Assembly: GCA_030704615.1 (NCBI GenBank)
Contig: CM060732.1
Location: forward strand, 8,990,001-9,054,000
Direction of reading: 5' to 3'
DNA from: Takakia lepidozioides
Taxonomy: Eukaryota; Plantae; Bryophyta
Length of the DNA stretch: 64,000 nucleotides
Part shown: positions 1-12,200 of the stretch, piece by piece
Layout of the letters: every line of letters starts with the position of its first letter
Numbering within the stretch: position 1 is the stretch's first letter
Position numbers and translations under genes: made by a program
The notes under the pieces: generated by a model
The model's input: the letters and a program-made list of their open reading frames with translations, nothing else
Told to the model about the DNA's origin: nothing
Database searches by the model: none

Positions 1-3000
1 CACAACAAACATGTCATTGCTGATGAACCCCCGCTCGTGGTTGCCCTGTGCAGAGCGTATCCGGCTGCAACCATGTCTGATTGCACAAACTTGTGTAGCT
101 CTTGCTCCTCTGCTCCAGTACACCACGGCCTTGTGGCTGAACACCTTGGTCCCCGGGGCTGTCTTTGGCTGTGTTCCAAGCCTAGCTTTCACCCACTTTG
201 GTATTTCACCTACAGCTGCAGAACTGCTGGCTCCAACAGAGTTCTGACTGTCCAAGGCAATATTGAGGCCCTCAATGCCAACTACAGCAGTCTGTTGTCT
301 ACTGCTAATGCCTGCCTCCCAGTATGCAATCAACTCGTCCAACTGTTCTCCACTCAAATCAGTCTGAGTTCCTTGGGAAACATAAATCATGTCCCCTTGT
401 GTGCACAGACTAAGAGAAGAGACCTGCCCTTCAATTACGTCCTCATTTCCCCCAGCCATGCAAGGAGTACATCCACCAATTTGTCTCTCATATAGACCAG
501 CACAGGTTCTAGAGACAGGATTGTGGATCTTTCATAGCACACTCACACTCTAAAAATTCCATAGATTTTTAACAGAGTCCCAAAAACAAAAACCAGGTCT
601 AGATATGTAGATATCCCCTTTCTGCAGCTATCTCCTCAAAAACTGAGTTAAACGGAGCTCATTTGACAAAGATATGACCAACCAGGCTCTTTAAACATTT
701 AAATTAGATCAAAAGGCCCTTTTTTTTTTAAAAAAAAAATTTTAATACTTGTCTAGGTTCCCTGTTCCCTGGTTATCTATGGGTTCCCGAGGCCGTTCCC
801 CGACTATGCTGACTCCAGGGCTTTGATCCTTTGCGCTTGAACCAAGTAGCTCCCTGACCCACGCTCGTATCACCAGTACACACCCCTGCTCGACAGGCTT
901 AGCACCCCATAGGCTTCCCTCAACCTTTACACTCTAGTGAAACAGGATACGACCAGGGTGAGCAACAAAGACGAAGGCTCTGCTCAGTTTAGGCTCTGCT
1001 CTGCCAGGTTGGACCTAATCGAAGGGGACGAAGGAGTCAGCGACATGCACATCCCTGACGAACAACACTTCGCTGACGACCAGGCACTCCAAACCAAGTC
1101 CGCACGAGACCAGATGGTGACCACCAACGATCGCCCCATGAAATGCAATCAATTGGAAGTCCCTATATCACCATTGTTTCCAAGTTTTGCCTGTGAAGAA
1201 GACCAGGCCGCGTCTTCCAGAGAGACAGAAGGCGAGACAGTGGGGTCAGAACAAGCCACCCTTGAATCCTGGCTGGTCAGATCAAGAGAGGGACAATCAC
1301 CGACTTGCAGGCACATACTTCGCCACCTTCATTTTTATATTTGAGAAGCAAACTCTTGGTAGCACACCCGTGACCGCCGGGACAGGAACCCGAGACGCAC
1401 ACTCCAGTCTCCCGCAGATGAGGAGCGACCACGGAATCCAGAGTATGCGCAAGTCTGGCAGATATTAGGTAGAGCATTCACTCCACCAGGCTGCGATTTG
1501 CACTTTATTAGCAAATCTCCTTAAACCTTCTTAGTCTTTCACTTGCGTTGGAAGCCATCGCCATCTCCTCGCTAAACCTTCGCATCTGTAGAGCTTGCCA
1601 CACTCTCCTTCCCCCACGAACGAACATCAGCCAATCCTCGAAGGCACTAGCTCTCAGCCCCCACTGCAATTGTAGATGGGCTACCAGGTGCTCCAACAAC
1701 ATGCGCTGAACCTGGAACCAGCTTCAAAAGGGCATGAACGTCGACCCCGAATCGGGCAGTCGAGCTGCTGAACCCGACCACTGACGGGATTGCGCTGCTC
1801 AAGGACAACAGGGCCTTTGTTATGGAGATGGCTTTCGGGATCAGGCTGCAAGGTAAGATTGAAAGGGCCTTTGGCGTGCTGGCATCCCCGGACTAAAGCA
1901 ATGCACCGCGACCCAGCCAGGCAGCAAGCTCCTCTTCCCACTCCTCCTTACTTTCTCACATGCAAGTTGAAGCACGACCCCAGTTTCAAGTTGAAGAATG
2001 AACGCTCAGCATTTGCAGAGAGCAGGCACTGGGCAGCATTGCCACGACCTTGCCAAGCACTCTACCGCGCTTCCTTCTTGTGACTGCCTCCATCCAATTA
2101 GCATTCACTCCCTTGCTGCCCCCGAGCCCCACACCTCCATACTTCTCTTACATCACCTTCTCCGCCATTCCATCACAGAACGGGCAATCGCAAAAAGGAA
2201 ATGCAGGAAGTGCAAGCGAGAAGAAATGGATTGCCAGACACTTGAGTCTCCGTCGTCAAAGCTGCATCAGCAAAGAAGACACAACGTCCGACGGAGATGA
2301 AGCACAGCGCTCCACACTCTGCCAACACCGAGCTCACAGACATCGCCATGCCACCTCCACCATCTTGTGTCTCCACGGCAAATTAAATTTTCTTTCACTA
2401 AGGAGATTGCAACCAACTCTCAATCCACTCTGCCAGGCCTCTCATTTCACTGCCTATGTCTGCATACTTAGTCTCGACATCTTGCGCATTTTCTCTTTTT
2501 CTCCGGCAGGTGCAGCAACAGCACCTCCACCAGAGGAAGCCACCACAACCAGGGATGATGCCACCCCAAACTGTTTGCACTTCGTGATCCAGCCACTCCC
2601 GACTGTTTTGGGTCCGAATCCAAAGCTTACACAAGTCTCGTCTCCCTCCGTCCAAGTGAAAGAGAGTAGGGAAGCCAACTATCAACGTCTTCAACCTCCA
2701 CACCTCTTGGTTTTCAAACTCACGAGCAGAGACGACAACTAAATCTGCGCGCACAGCCCATGGAAACAGCAGGGCCAGATGGACTCCCGCCCCAAGATAT
2801 ATATTATAATAATGCTAAAACAAACATTGTATCTAGCTTAGCACCAGCACACTAGATAACGCTCATCTTTCTCGAGTGATAGAAAAGCTCATTACACACT
2901 GTTGACACAAAACATGGAAACCAAAATCATCACTCTTTCAAATAGAAGTCGAGCCAGGGGCACCCCAAGCTATGGGGACTCCACCCCACAACAACCTACA

Positions 3001-4121
3001 CTCCCATCATAAGCACACATAGCTTCTAAACGCAGGAAGGAGCTCGGTCGCGCAGGCTCAACTCGAGAAAGATGAGCTGCGCAACTGCCGCTCTCGTGAA
3101 GATAAGACGGACCAGGTGTCAAACTAAACTTGACACCTGATTTAACACTTGACCTAAATCCAAGTGTTAAATACAAATAACTAGTTTTATTCTAGCTGTT
3201 TTCACACTGTGCTTATTTAACTTGACAATGACATACCCTCTTCTAGCCATCGCATGCACTCATAATGCTTTCTTCTATGGCAATAATGCACCTCTTAGAG
3301 ATCCTAATCCAGCCCTGCACTTGTCACTTCCATAGACATGCTCTTCCCAAGCTTGGGATTGAAACCCCAACTCAAAGCATGGTCTACAAATACACTATTC
3401 TGCCCCAAAGAGAAATCAGATGTCTACCTCCACTCATAGCTCTCCTAAGCTTGAAGTTGAAGACTCCCACAAGCTGAAACCATGCTCCACACATGCACCG
3501 CTTGCTCCCTTAACACCCGAGCTCTTCTTGAACTCCTCAAACCCTGCAACACTTGCAGAACAAGAGCTTCTTCACAAGCTCTCAAACTTTTCAATGGGGC
3601 TCTCCTTGAAGACCTCCTCTTGTACATAAACACCACAAAGCTTTCCTCTTGCAAACCTTGCAACACCTTGTAACTTAAGAGCTATCTACCAAGCTCTCCT
3701 CCACACAAGTGCTAACTATGCTAACACCTTGCACTCATCGATGTAAGCAAGTCTTCTTCTAGTGATACGAAAATGGTGAAAAAATGAGAAACCACTCTAT
3801 CACGTTATATAAGTCAAGCCAATGGCACCTTTGCTAAAGGACTCCACCATACAGACCTCACCCACTCTCCATCTCAAGTACTAGAGCTATGGCGGCGAGA
3901 GAGGCCTCGGGAGGCTCGACTAGAAAAAGACGAGCCTGCCTACGTCTCACGTGGAGATAACCTCCCCACGTCCCAAGTGAGGTTCGCCACCTCATTTGGC
4001 ATATGGAACCAAATGAAGTCCCAATGCCAACAAAATACAAATATAAATGTATAATGTCCTAATTAGTTATAAATAATTATTTCTAACTAATCACAAATAA
4101 AACCATGACAGACTTAAGATA

Positions 4122-5223
4122 TTGAGGAATGTGAAGACAAGGTGGATTAGCATGCTAGAGCCATTGAAAAGGGTATTGGGAGAGTACAAAACCTTGATTG
4201 TCAAATTGTCACTTGACAGTGGATCAGTTGCAGCAGCGAGAGCAAATCTGGATCATTTGTGTGACATTCAAACCATATTGGGTTTGCCATGTGTTTTGCC
4301 TTCGATGGAGGCTGTCAATTCTCTCATCAAATTTGCTCAATCAATGGATGTGTTTATTTGTGATTATGTGGCCGCTGTCAAGATATGTCAAGCCGATGTT
4401 TATAGAACTGCTTTTCAGCCTGAGGACTTCCCAGACTTCAATGATGTGGTCTCAAATTCTTTTTGTAGAATCACTCAACATTGGGTTACTGATCTGAACA
4501 ACGGTAATGACACATTGGCATTTTTCATCATCGGACAATCTTACATGAGCCATTCTATGTCACCGTTGACTGGGCAGCCTCGTGTAGTGGATATGAAAGC
4601 ATCTTGCAAGCATCAAGGGACAGTGTACGATGGCAGCAAACCTTCTTATCAGTGAGTTTGAAAAAATGTTTCCAGATTCTGATATCATGAATGCTCTTGG
4701 TGTGGTGTACCCCCAGTACTGGCTGCAGCCTGAGTGTGATGATACATTTCTTTTACACATAGCGGTCATCAAATGAGCTTATTGTGTTTCCAAGCAGGTA
4801 ACACCTGCAAGTACTTGGATTTCTGAGCCCCTCAATGGCAATTTGCTAGAAATGCAAACTTCTTTCTTTAAATTGACAATGAAAACACAGGCAAAGAAGG
4901 CCATGGAGGAGCCTTTCGACATCAACCCCGTGACAAAACTATGGCAGAAACTCTCTACAAATGGCCTCATTGTTCAACGCCTTGGTGAATTCATGAAGCT
5001 TGCTGAAATTGCAGTGGTTCAGGTCTTTGGCAGTGTTGAGGATGAACGCACGTTTAGTACTTTGGCATTCATCAAGAACAAGCTACGGAATCGTTTGGTT
5101 GGTCACTTGAATACAACTGTCCGTATGTATGCACAGGATTTTTACAACAGAGACACCTTCCCTTATCAAGAGGCTATCAGTGATTGGATGGAGATGAAGA
5201 CCCGTAGATCTACTGATGCTTAG
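4122..5223 (+). pseudogene. hAT-superfamily transposase C-terminal remnant (ZNF862-like, hAT dimerisation region), frameshifted
   Basis: ORF 4122-4655 begins RNVKTRWISMLEPLKRVL (the TRWxS motif of hAT). ORF 4843-5223 has GSVEDERTFSTLAFIKNKLRNRL (the SxxxERxFS...KxRNRL dimerisation motif). The two are joined through frameshifts/stops near 4590-4780. Confidence 0.85.
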
Positions 5224-5480
5224 GTCTCTTGCCTGGTCTCTTGACAAGTTTCTTGTGTTAGGTCACTTGTTGGTCTCTTGACAGGTTTCTTGTGTTAGGT
5301 CACTTGCTGGTCTCTTGACAGGTTTCTTGGCAGGTCTCTTGTGGCTGGTATCTTGTGGCTAGTCTCTTGGTAGGTGTCTTGGCTGGTCAGTTGGGGCTGC
5401 TCTCTTGGCTGCTCCCTTGGCAGGTCTCTTGGCGCTGGTCTCTTCGCAGGTCTCTTGCCTTAGGTCTCTTGGTTGGTGCT
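5222..5480. repeat. Degenerate short tandem repeats (GGTCTCTTG-like) just 3' of the hAT remnant, probably subterminal repeats
   Basis: More than 10 imperfect copies of ggtctcttg/ggtcacttg are visible. Confidence 0.7.
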
Positions 5481-6913
5481 AGTCTCATCATCTGTAATGT
5501 GTCGTGACATATAATCTTCATGACTGTTTACATTTGTGAGCCAGGTTACTTGGTAATTTTATTTGTAGTTCCAAGAGCTTTGCAAACATTGATACTTCTT
5601 CTCTATGTGCCATGTAGCATTAGGCGGGGTCTTTTTGGGCCAGGGTTCAAATATGCCACTTAGTGTAGATTGACTGAAATGCAATATAAGCCAATTTAAG
5701 GTTTTGTAAACTTATGAATGGTGGTTTAAATTTTTATTTTTTTGGTTGTGTTTGCCATAATTTCTGCCTAGTCTCCATGTTGAGAGCCTCAAATTTGCTA
5801 TGTCAATTCTGAGTTGTTCGCCTCAGCAAGTCTACTAGGTTTTAGGTTCATTCGCCCAACACCCATTCAAAATCTCATATTATCGCCAGCCATTTCGACT
5901 ATGTATTTTGTACAAGCGCCATACATGCTCCTCTAAGGTTTCTCATGGAGGCCACTTGTGCTACAATGTAAATACCTTAAAAGAATCGCTGCTGCTGATG
6001 GATGTAGTCGCTTTAAGTAGTATTGATGAATTCGGATGTGTCCTGCGCCGACAATCATGTGGAGGCTGCGGCTTAAATGCCACTTAAATCCTGGATAATG
6101 AATTGTGCGAGGGCAGTGGATGGATGGCTTCGCAGATGCCTCACTCCAGTAAGTGGATTGAAGCAGTCTCGAAGCCAGGGTGAGAAAACAGAGCAGAACA
6201 GCAGAACCCTGCTACCGCCTCGTGCCGGGCCCCTCATTTTAGGAAGGCCCCCCTCCTCGGCCTCACCCTACACATTATTGGCCTGGAACCAGCCCTTGTG
6301 CTCACCCTTGGCGTCCCCACCACACGCTGCCTTATTACGAGGCCCGCCTTGACACTTTCAACCTGCGCTGGCCCATCCCTCTGTGCAGCTTCTCATCCAT
6401 TGCTCGTGCTACGCCAAGGATGAGAGTAAGGTACTCGCGGAGTACGATTAGTGAGATCATCCGCAGATTAGTGACTCTCGTGTGCTGCTGTGGCCGTTAC
6501 TAAAAGCTGCAATTAGTACCGCAATACAGTTTCCAGGCGAGTAAGCAATCGCCAGGGATGCATGCTGTAGGCATTTGAAGCTCTACGTGTGGCCATTGCG
6601 CAGCCAAACTGCAGCGTTGCAATAGCCACATTCGAGGTAGCCGTTAGCCGGAGCCAAGCTACGGTGGGCGGTGGGGCAACCAAATGGGTCGCGCGCCGCT
6701 TTCCCTCGCCGCCGGTTGGCTCACCCCTTGTACGCGTATTGCAGCCACTCCTTACATACGGATGCGTACATACTTCGTTTACATACATATCCGTACATAC
6801 TGCGTTTCTACCTCTCTCCTGGCGTCTAACTAAATCACAGCTGTCCAGTATCGCTACCGTCGACCTGCCTACCTACCTGCAGGAAGGTATGTTAGGCAGG
6901 TCTAGGTATCTCT

Positions 6914-8577
6914 TATGGATTAGCAAAAAGACCATGAACGCAGGCCCAGGTAATCGGTACAGGACTGAGTTAAAAATCACGGTTTTGGCCTGGCCCCAGG
7001 ACAGGGGTGCCTTGGGCTGCAGCCCGGGCTAGCCGGGCTTCGTGCCCTGGACACTGCGAGGTAGGTGTGGGAACATTGAGGAACAATTTTAGAGCATTTG
7101 CGGTCAGCTGCCCAGAAATGAACGGCCGAGATCTGATGTAGAATTTCGAAGGCCACGATTTCGTCTCTCTCCTCTCCTCCGTGTCTCTTGCCTTGCCCAA
7201 GCACTCGAAGCCCGCGTGCGACGATCCGAAAGTGTCTTCAATCCCCCTGGCCAAAAACAGCAATCTTCATCACTTGCAATGGACTGTACAGCTGCTCATC
7301 TGTTATGGGCAGGCATATTAGGGTGTCATTGTTATGAAGTCAATGTCAGTGGGAGCTGTGGACTGAAACATTGTTAACACGTGAGGCTCTTACCCATCCC
7401 CCTGCAAGTCGACCAACGCCTCTTTTGGGACTTGTGGGCATGTGAAGATGCTTTGTGAGGCAGGCAGACTCATAGAGGCTCTACAGATTTTAAATCAAGG
7501 AGGAATTTCAGCAGATTCAGAGATGTATGTCCGTCTCTTGCATATGTGCATCAAGATGAAAGGCCTGGAAGCCGGAAAGCAGGTCACATTATCGATAGTG
7601 GATTCAAGCCAAACGTTTTTCTACACAACACCCTCGTCAACATGTACGTTAAGTGTGGAGCATCATGGATGCTCACCAAGTGTTCCACATAATGCCTCAA
7701 CGATCTTTGATCACGTGGAATGTAATGTTGGCAGGATTTACCAAGCATGGGTGTGGTACAAATGCTTTGGAGAGCTATATTTATGTTTTTGGGGTTGTGG
7801 GGTAATAGTTGGATGCTGGGCAATTGAACATGCAGTCCCCATTAGAAAAAGATGAACAAGCCAAGGCTGCACTCATGGGGCAAATTCAGCGGCTAAGGAA
7901 ACTTATTCTTATCTCTACCAAAATATCAAACACCCCTGCCCCTGTCACTGAAAAGCCCACTCACCGACGGCGACACTCCTATGGTGAAGAAGAGGTAATT
8001 CCAAAAAAAATCAGCAGTTGGATGGAAGTACATCAGTCTTCACCCTCAACAAGGATTACAATGGATGCTTGAACGTTTCATGTGAAAGCCAGCCATCATC
8101 TACAAGACTTTATATATGGACCCTTTTCACACGCCTGACTAATTCATTCATCTCTGGAATCAATGCAGTATCATAAGGATTTCGCTGGCCACCGAAAATT
8201 GCAGCAGCATGTCTCACTTGAGAGCCCTTTCCTATTGTCTGGATGCCAGCATGTTTGTACTGTATTCATCGAAGTGAACACCTCTGAAGCCTGCCACACT
8301 GAAACCACAACGTAGAATCAGACAGCAAGTATCACACGGTGACATCCACCCAATCTATTTTTCCACAGCTATATAATTCCACAAGAATTGATTGAATACC
8401 TTCCCACACCTACCCCGCAGTGTCCAGGACATGAAGCCCGGCTAGCCCGGGCTGGAGGCCAGGTGCCCTGCGGCGCAGGCACCCCGGTCTTGGGGCCCAG
8501 GCCAAAACCATGATTTTTAACTCAGTCCTGTACTGATGTCCTGGGCCTGCGTTCATGGTCTTTTTTGCTATTTCATA
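6914..8577. mobile_element. Non-autonomous element bounded by ~160-175 bp inverted repeats and carrying a PPR gene fragment (Pack-TIR-like)
   Basis: 6914-7073 (tatggattagcaaaaagaccatgaacgcaggcccagg...ggtaggtgtgggaa) is the reverse complement of 8401-8577. ATCTCT flanks both ends (6908-6913 and 8578-8583) as a possible TSD. Confidence 0.65.
7442..7775 (+). pseudogene. PLS-class pentatricopeptide-repeat (PPR) gene fragment, frameshifted
   Basis: Read across frameshifts: LCEAGRLIEALQIL...YVRLLHMC...LEAGKQV / SGFKPNVFLHNTLVNMYVKCG / AHQVFHIMPQRSLITWNVMLAGFTKHG. Confidence 0.85.
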
Positions 8578-9231
8578 ATCTCTAATAAATGTGGTAGGTT
8601 CCGACACAAGTTTCAATCGGAGGGACATCCACGTGGCGAGTGTGGAATGGATGGGACCGCGTTGATTGGAAAGCACGTGAGTACGGTGAATCGTATGTGT
8701 AGTGTATATTGGAGGATATATATGTACGGTGTATTCTTAGAAAGTATTTGTGCGGGGTATTCGGGGGCGTATGTGTACGGTGTCGTGTGAAGACGTAGGG
8801 GGCAGTGCCTGCGCTGAAAGAAAGCGAGAGAGGGGGGGAGAGATGGTGTGAGCGAGTGTAGTGTCCGCGTGCAGCGGGTTGGGATGGAGGATGGCAGAGC
8901 GTCGGTTGGATTGGTAGGTCGTGAGAGGGATCGGGGCATTTTCAAGGAATTGGGAAGTTTGAAGATGAGGCTGCGTGGCTATGAATTCTGCAAAGCAGAT
9001 ACAGTTGCAGAGAAGCCGATAAAGGGGTAGGAATTTGTGGAGGGTGAGCGGTGGAGAGATGGAGAGAGGCAGTTTGTAAGGTGTGGGAAACTGGGAAGAA
9101 AGGCAGAGTGGCACTGTTGATGCTTGAAGACTTGGACATGGCAGCGTGAAGGAGCGTATGGCGAATAGGCCGTGCAAGGAATAGGAAGGTCGCACGGATT
9201 AGGCACTCTGTCTGGCTACGAACAGTCAGCC

Positions 9232-12200
9232 ATGATAGGAGCACGCAAGCTGATCGTGGAGCTCAACTCTGCGAGGGGTCTAATGCCTAAAGATGGACAG
9301 GGCTCCTCGAACGCCTATTGCGTGGTGCGTGTTTTGACTCACCTCCCTCATTTTGTGTACAGCTTCATTGCCACCAGCTGGGCTAGAATTCAACCATCTC
9401 AATTGACACGTTTTTGGACTAGAAAATTTACAATTGGTCAAAAGCTAGTAAGCATAGGACTGGTCAGCTAATATAGAGTTCATTCACGTGAATTCCAGGA
9501 AATGATAAATTTCTGTGCTCCTTCAGGCCTAGACCTGCATCTACAGATACTGCCCGTTACGTGCGTTCTGCTATAAATGTAGCGAGGAATAGAAGGCTAA
9601 ATGAGGCTATCATATGATTCTTCAAATGCCACGGGCTTTCATGGTATGGTTAGTCATGGCAGACTGTGTTGGTGGTGTGTTTTGCAGTTGGACTACGATG
9701 GCCAGCGGAAGAGGACTAAGGTCAAGCCGAAAGACCTCGATCCGACTTGGAACGAAAAGGTGTGTTCTGGAATTTGTGCCTACGTCTTTTCCACAATCAT
9801 TGGGGCTACAGGAATTGCAAGATCGGATTTGTTCGTGTCAGGAGAACAACAATGAAACATAAGGTTATGATGCACACTTGGCTGGCATTCTCTACCCTTC
9901 GCGCCAAGGTAGGTTTGTAAATGAACTCGCTGCATTCATCCTGATGCCTTAGATATGCCTGTTTCCTTCAACGACATGAGTTCCTTTTCGAAGAGCAAGC
10001 TTTGGATGGCCACAAAATGCCTTTCCTATTTTAAAGCATTACACTTGTTGAAAAACCTTGGCATGCTCATCCTCAATATGGATGGTTGAATCCTTTGGGC
10101 AGGAACCGTGCTGCGCATGGCTAGATTATCCACTGTCGGTTTGGATTTACATGCACTTGCTTGTGCAGTTTGAGTTTATCATCCCTGATCCTTCAATGCC
10201 TGGAGAACTGGAGATCAACATACAGAATGAGCGAAATAGTGCCATGGGCAGGCGGAGCAGTTTCCTTGGAAGGGTCACAGTTCCGGTGATCACTGTACCT
10301 AACAAACCAGAGCCTCCGCGATGGTACCCATTGCAAAAGCGGGGTCTTTTCTCTCACATCAAAGGCGACCTCGAGTAAGTTGTACTTTCCTCGCCATTCA
10401 ATTACTTGGTGATGGCATGTCTGTATAGCTATCCAAATCTCCCCGAGATTGTGGTGTAGTAGAGACTACTGGGATGGTGTGATATTGCTAAGCGAGCAGA
10501 ATCTGGGTAAGTGGTGAGCAAGGAGACAAGACATTATATATTGTGGATGCAACAAGCTGCTCCTACAGAAGCTGGGGTTTAGTGAAATATTCTGGAGGGC
10601 CCTTCTTTATATGGGCGCAAGGCAGGGGAAGTGAGACAGTAGAGCATGCATAAAGTGCAGGTATAGGGACCTGAATGAGTGGCACTTCTTGTCCATCTCT
10701 TCCCACACTGCAATGTGAGGGAATACCTAGAGACAAAGCCGCATGTCAAAATATTGAGCTGTCACAAAGTCTCAACATACTTCATATTTGTATGGGAGGG
10801 GTAATATAGTCAAATTAACTAGTCATAAATTTTCTTTCTGCAAGGAATTCTAATCTTAGTCGTCCAATACATTGAATCTTAGACTGTGGGAGCAGGCGAG
10901 TACTCTTGTTGTTGTTTGGTTCTGCTGGTTAATAATTGTTCTTGTATTGTTCAACTCTGAAGCTCCATGGTGTGAAGATATGTCTTGTGATAGGGTCCTT
11001 ATAAGCCATGATGACATTTTGATGAGCTCTGAGTTGTTTCCCTGTTCCAAAGTACAACCTAACTGGTGGATAATTTGTCATGCTTGATCTAGTCAACCCC
11101 GAAATGAAAGCCTTATGGAGGAGATTGGAGGAGGGCGATGGTTCTGACTTGAAGAATTGTCTGCCCTGTGCAGGCTGAGGATCTGGTATGTTGTGGAACT
11201 ACCGCCAAAGCCCAAAGAGGAGGAAAAAGCCAAACTGAAAGAGGAGGAGAAACCGAAGCCTCCTCCCAAGCAGGAAGCAAAGGCAGACAAACAGCCAGAA
11301 CCTCCTAAGCCCAGCCTATTAACTGTCCCAGAAGCTGATTTTACAATTAAGGATACAAACCCTGATTTGGGAAAGGCAGTTGACTACAACCATCACTATG
11401 ACCTGGTTGAGCAGATGACCTACTTGTTTGTACGTGTGGTGAGGGCACGTGGTCTTGCGGGCAAAGATTCTGATGGGAAGAGTGACCCTGTGAGTCAAGA
11501 ATCCTCCTGATTATATATGTCCTTCTGTCCCAACCACCCCCCCTGGTGTCTCATCCTCTATGTTAGTGCAACCTTGCACCAACTTAAATCCATTGCCTGA
11601 GTAGATGGTAGCTTGCGGCTATTCTAGCTAGCTATTCTGATCCAGTTGTTGGGCAACCTGGTTGTGTTTGTGCGATTTTGTTTTTCCTGACAAAGCTGAC
11701 AGGTGCTCTTCTTGACTTGAACGAGGTGTGCAACAGTACGTGAGGTTGATAGTGGGAGATGTCAGAACCGAGAGCAAGATTGTCAAGAGCGACCTCAACC
11801 CAGATTGGAATCAGGTCTTTGCTGTTAGCAAGGACAAGATCCAAGGTGGAACGCTAGAACTTATGGTTTGGGATGCGGTATTTCTCCTTTACTATTAACT
11901 TTCTCCATAGTTATTGGACCAAAATTGACAGTGGGAAGTTGGGAAGTGGGAACATGAGGAACAATGAGGAACAATGAGTGTAATGAGCTACCTCTCGAGC
12001 TGGAGGAAGCAGAAAGCTCAATCATACCAGTCTTGCATGGAAAGAAGAGTTGTAGGTGTTCCTCGTGTAGCTTGAGCTGGATTAGCTCTGAATTACTCGT
12101 AGACAGTACAGTGCAAACAGGGAAAAAAAGTTCAATTGTAGACTTTAGCTCGTGCTGTTCTCATGCCTGATGTAGCTTGAGCTGGATTAGCTCTGAATTA

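Noticed and set aside
1-4050. ORFs up to 230 aa and TE/LTR-like sequence at the window start
   Set aside because: Probably decayed transposon sequence, but I found no diagnostic motif or boundary that I can support.
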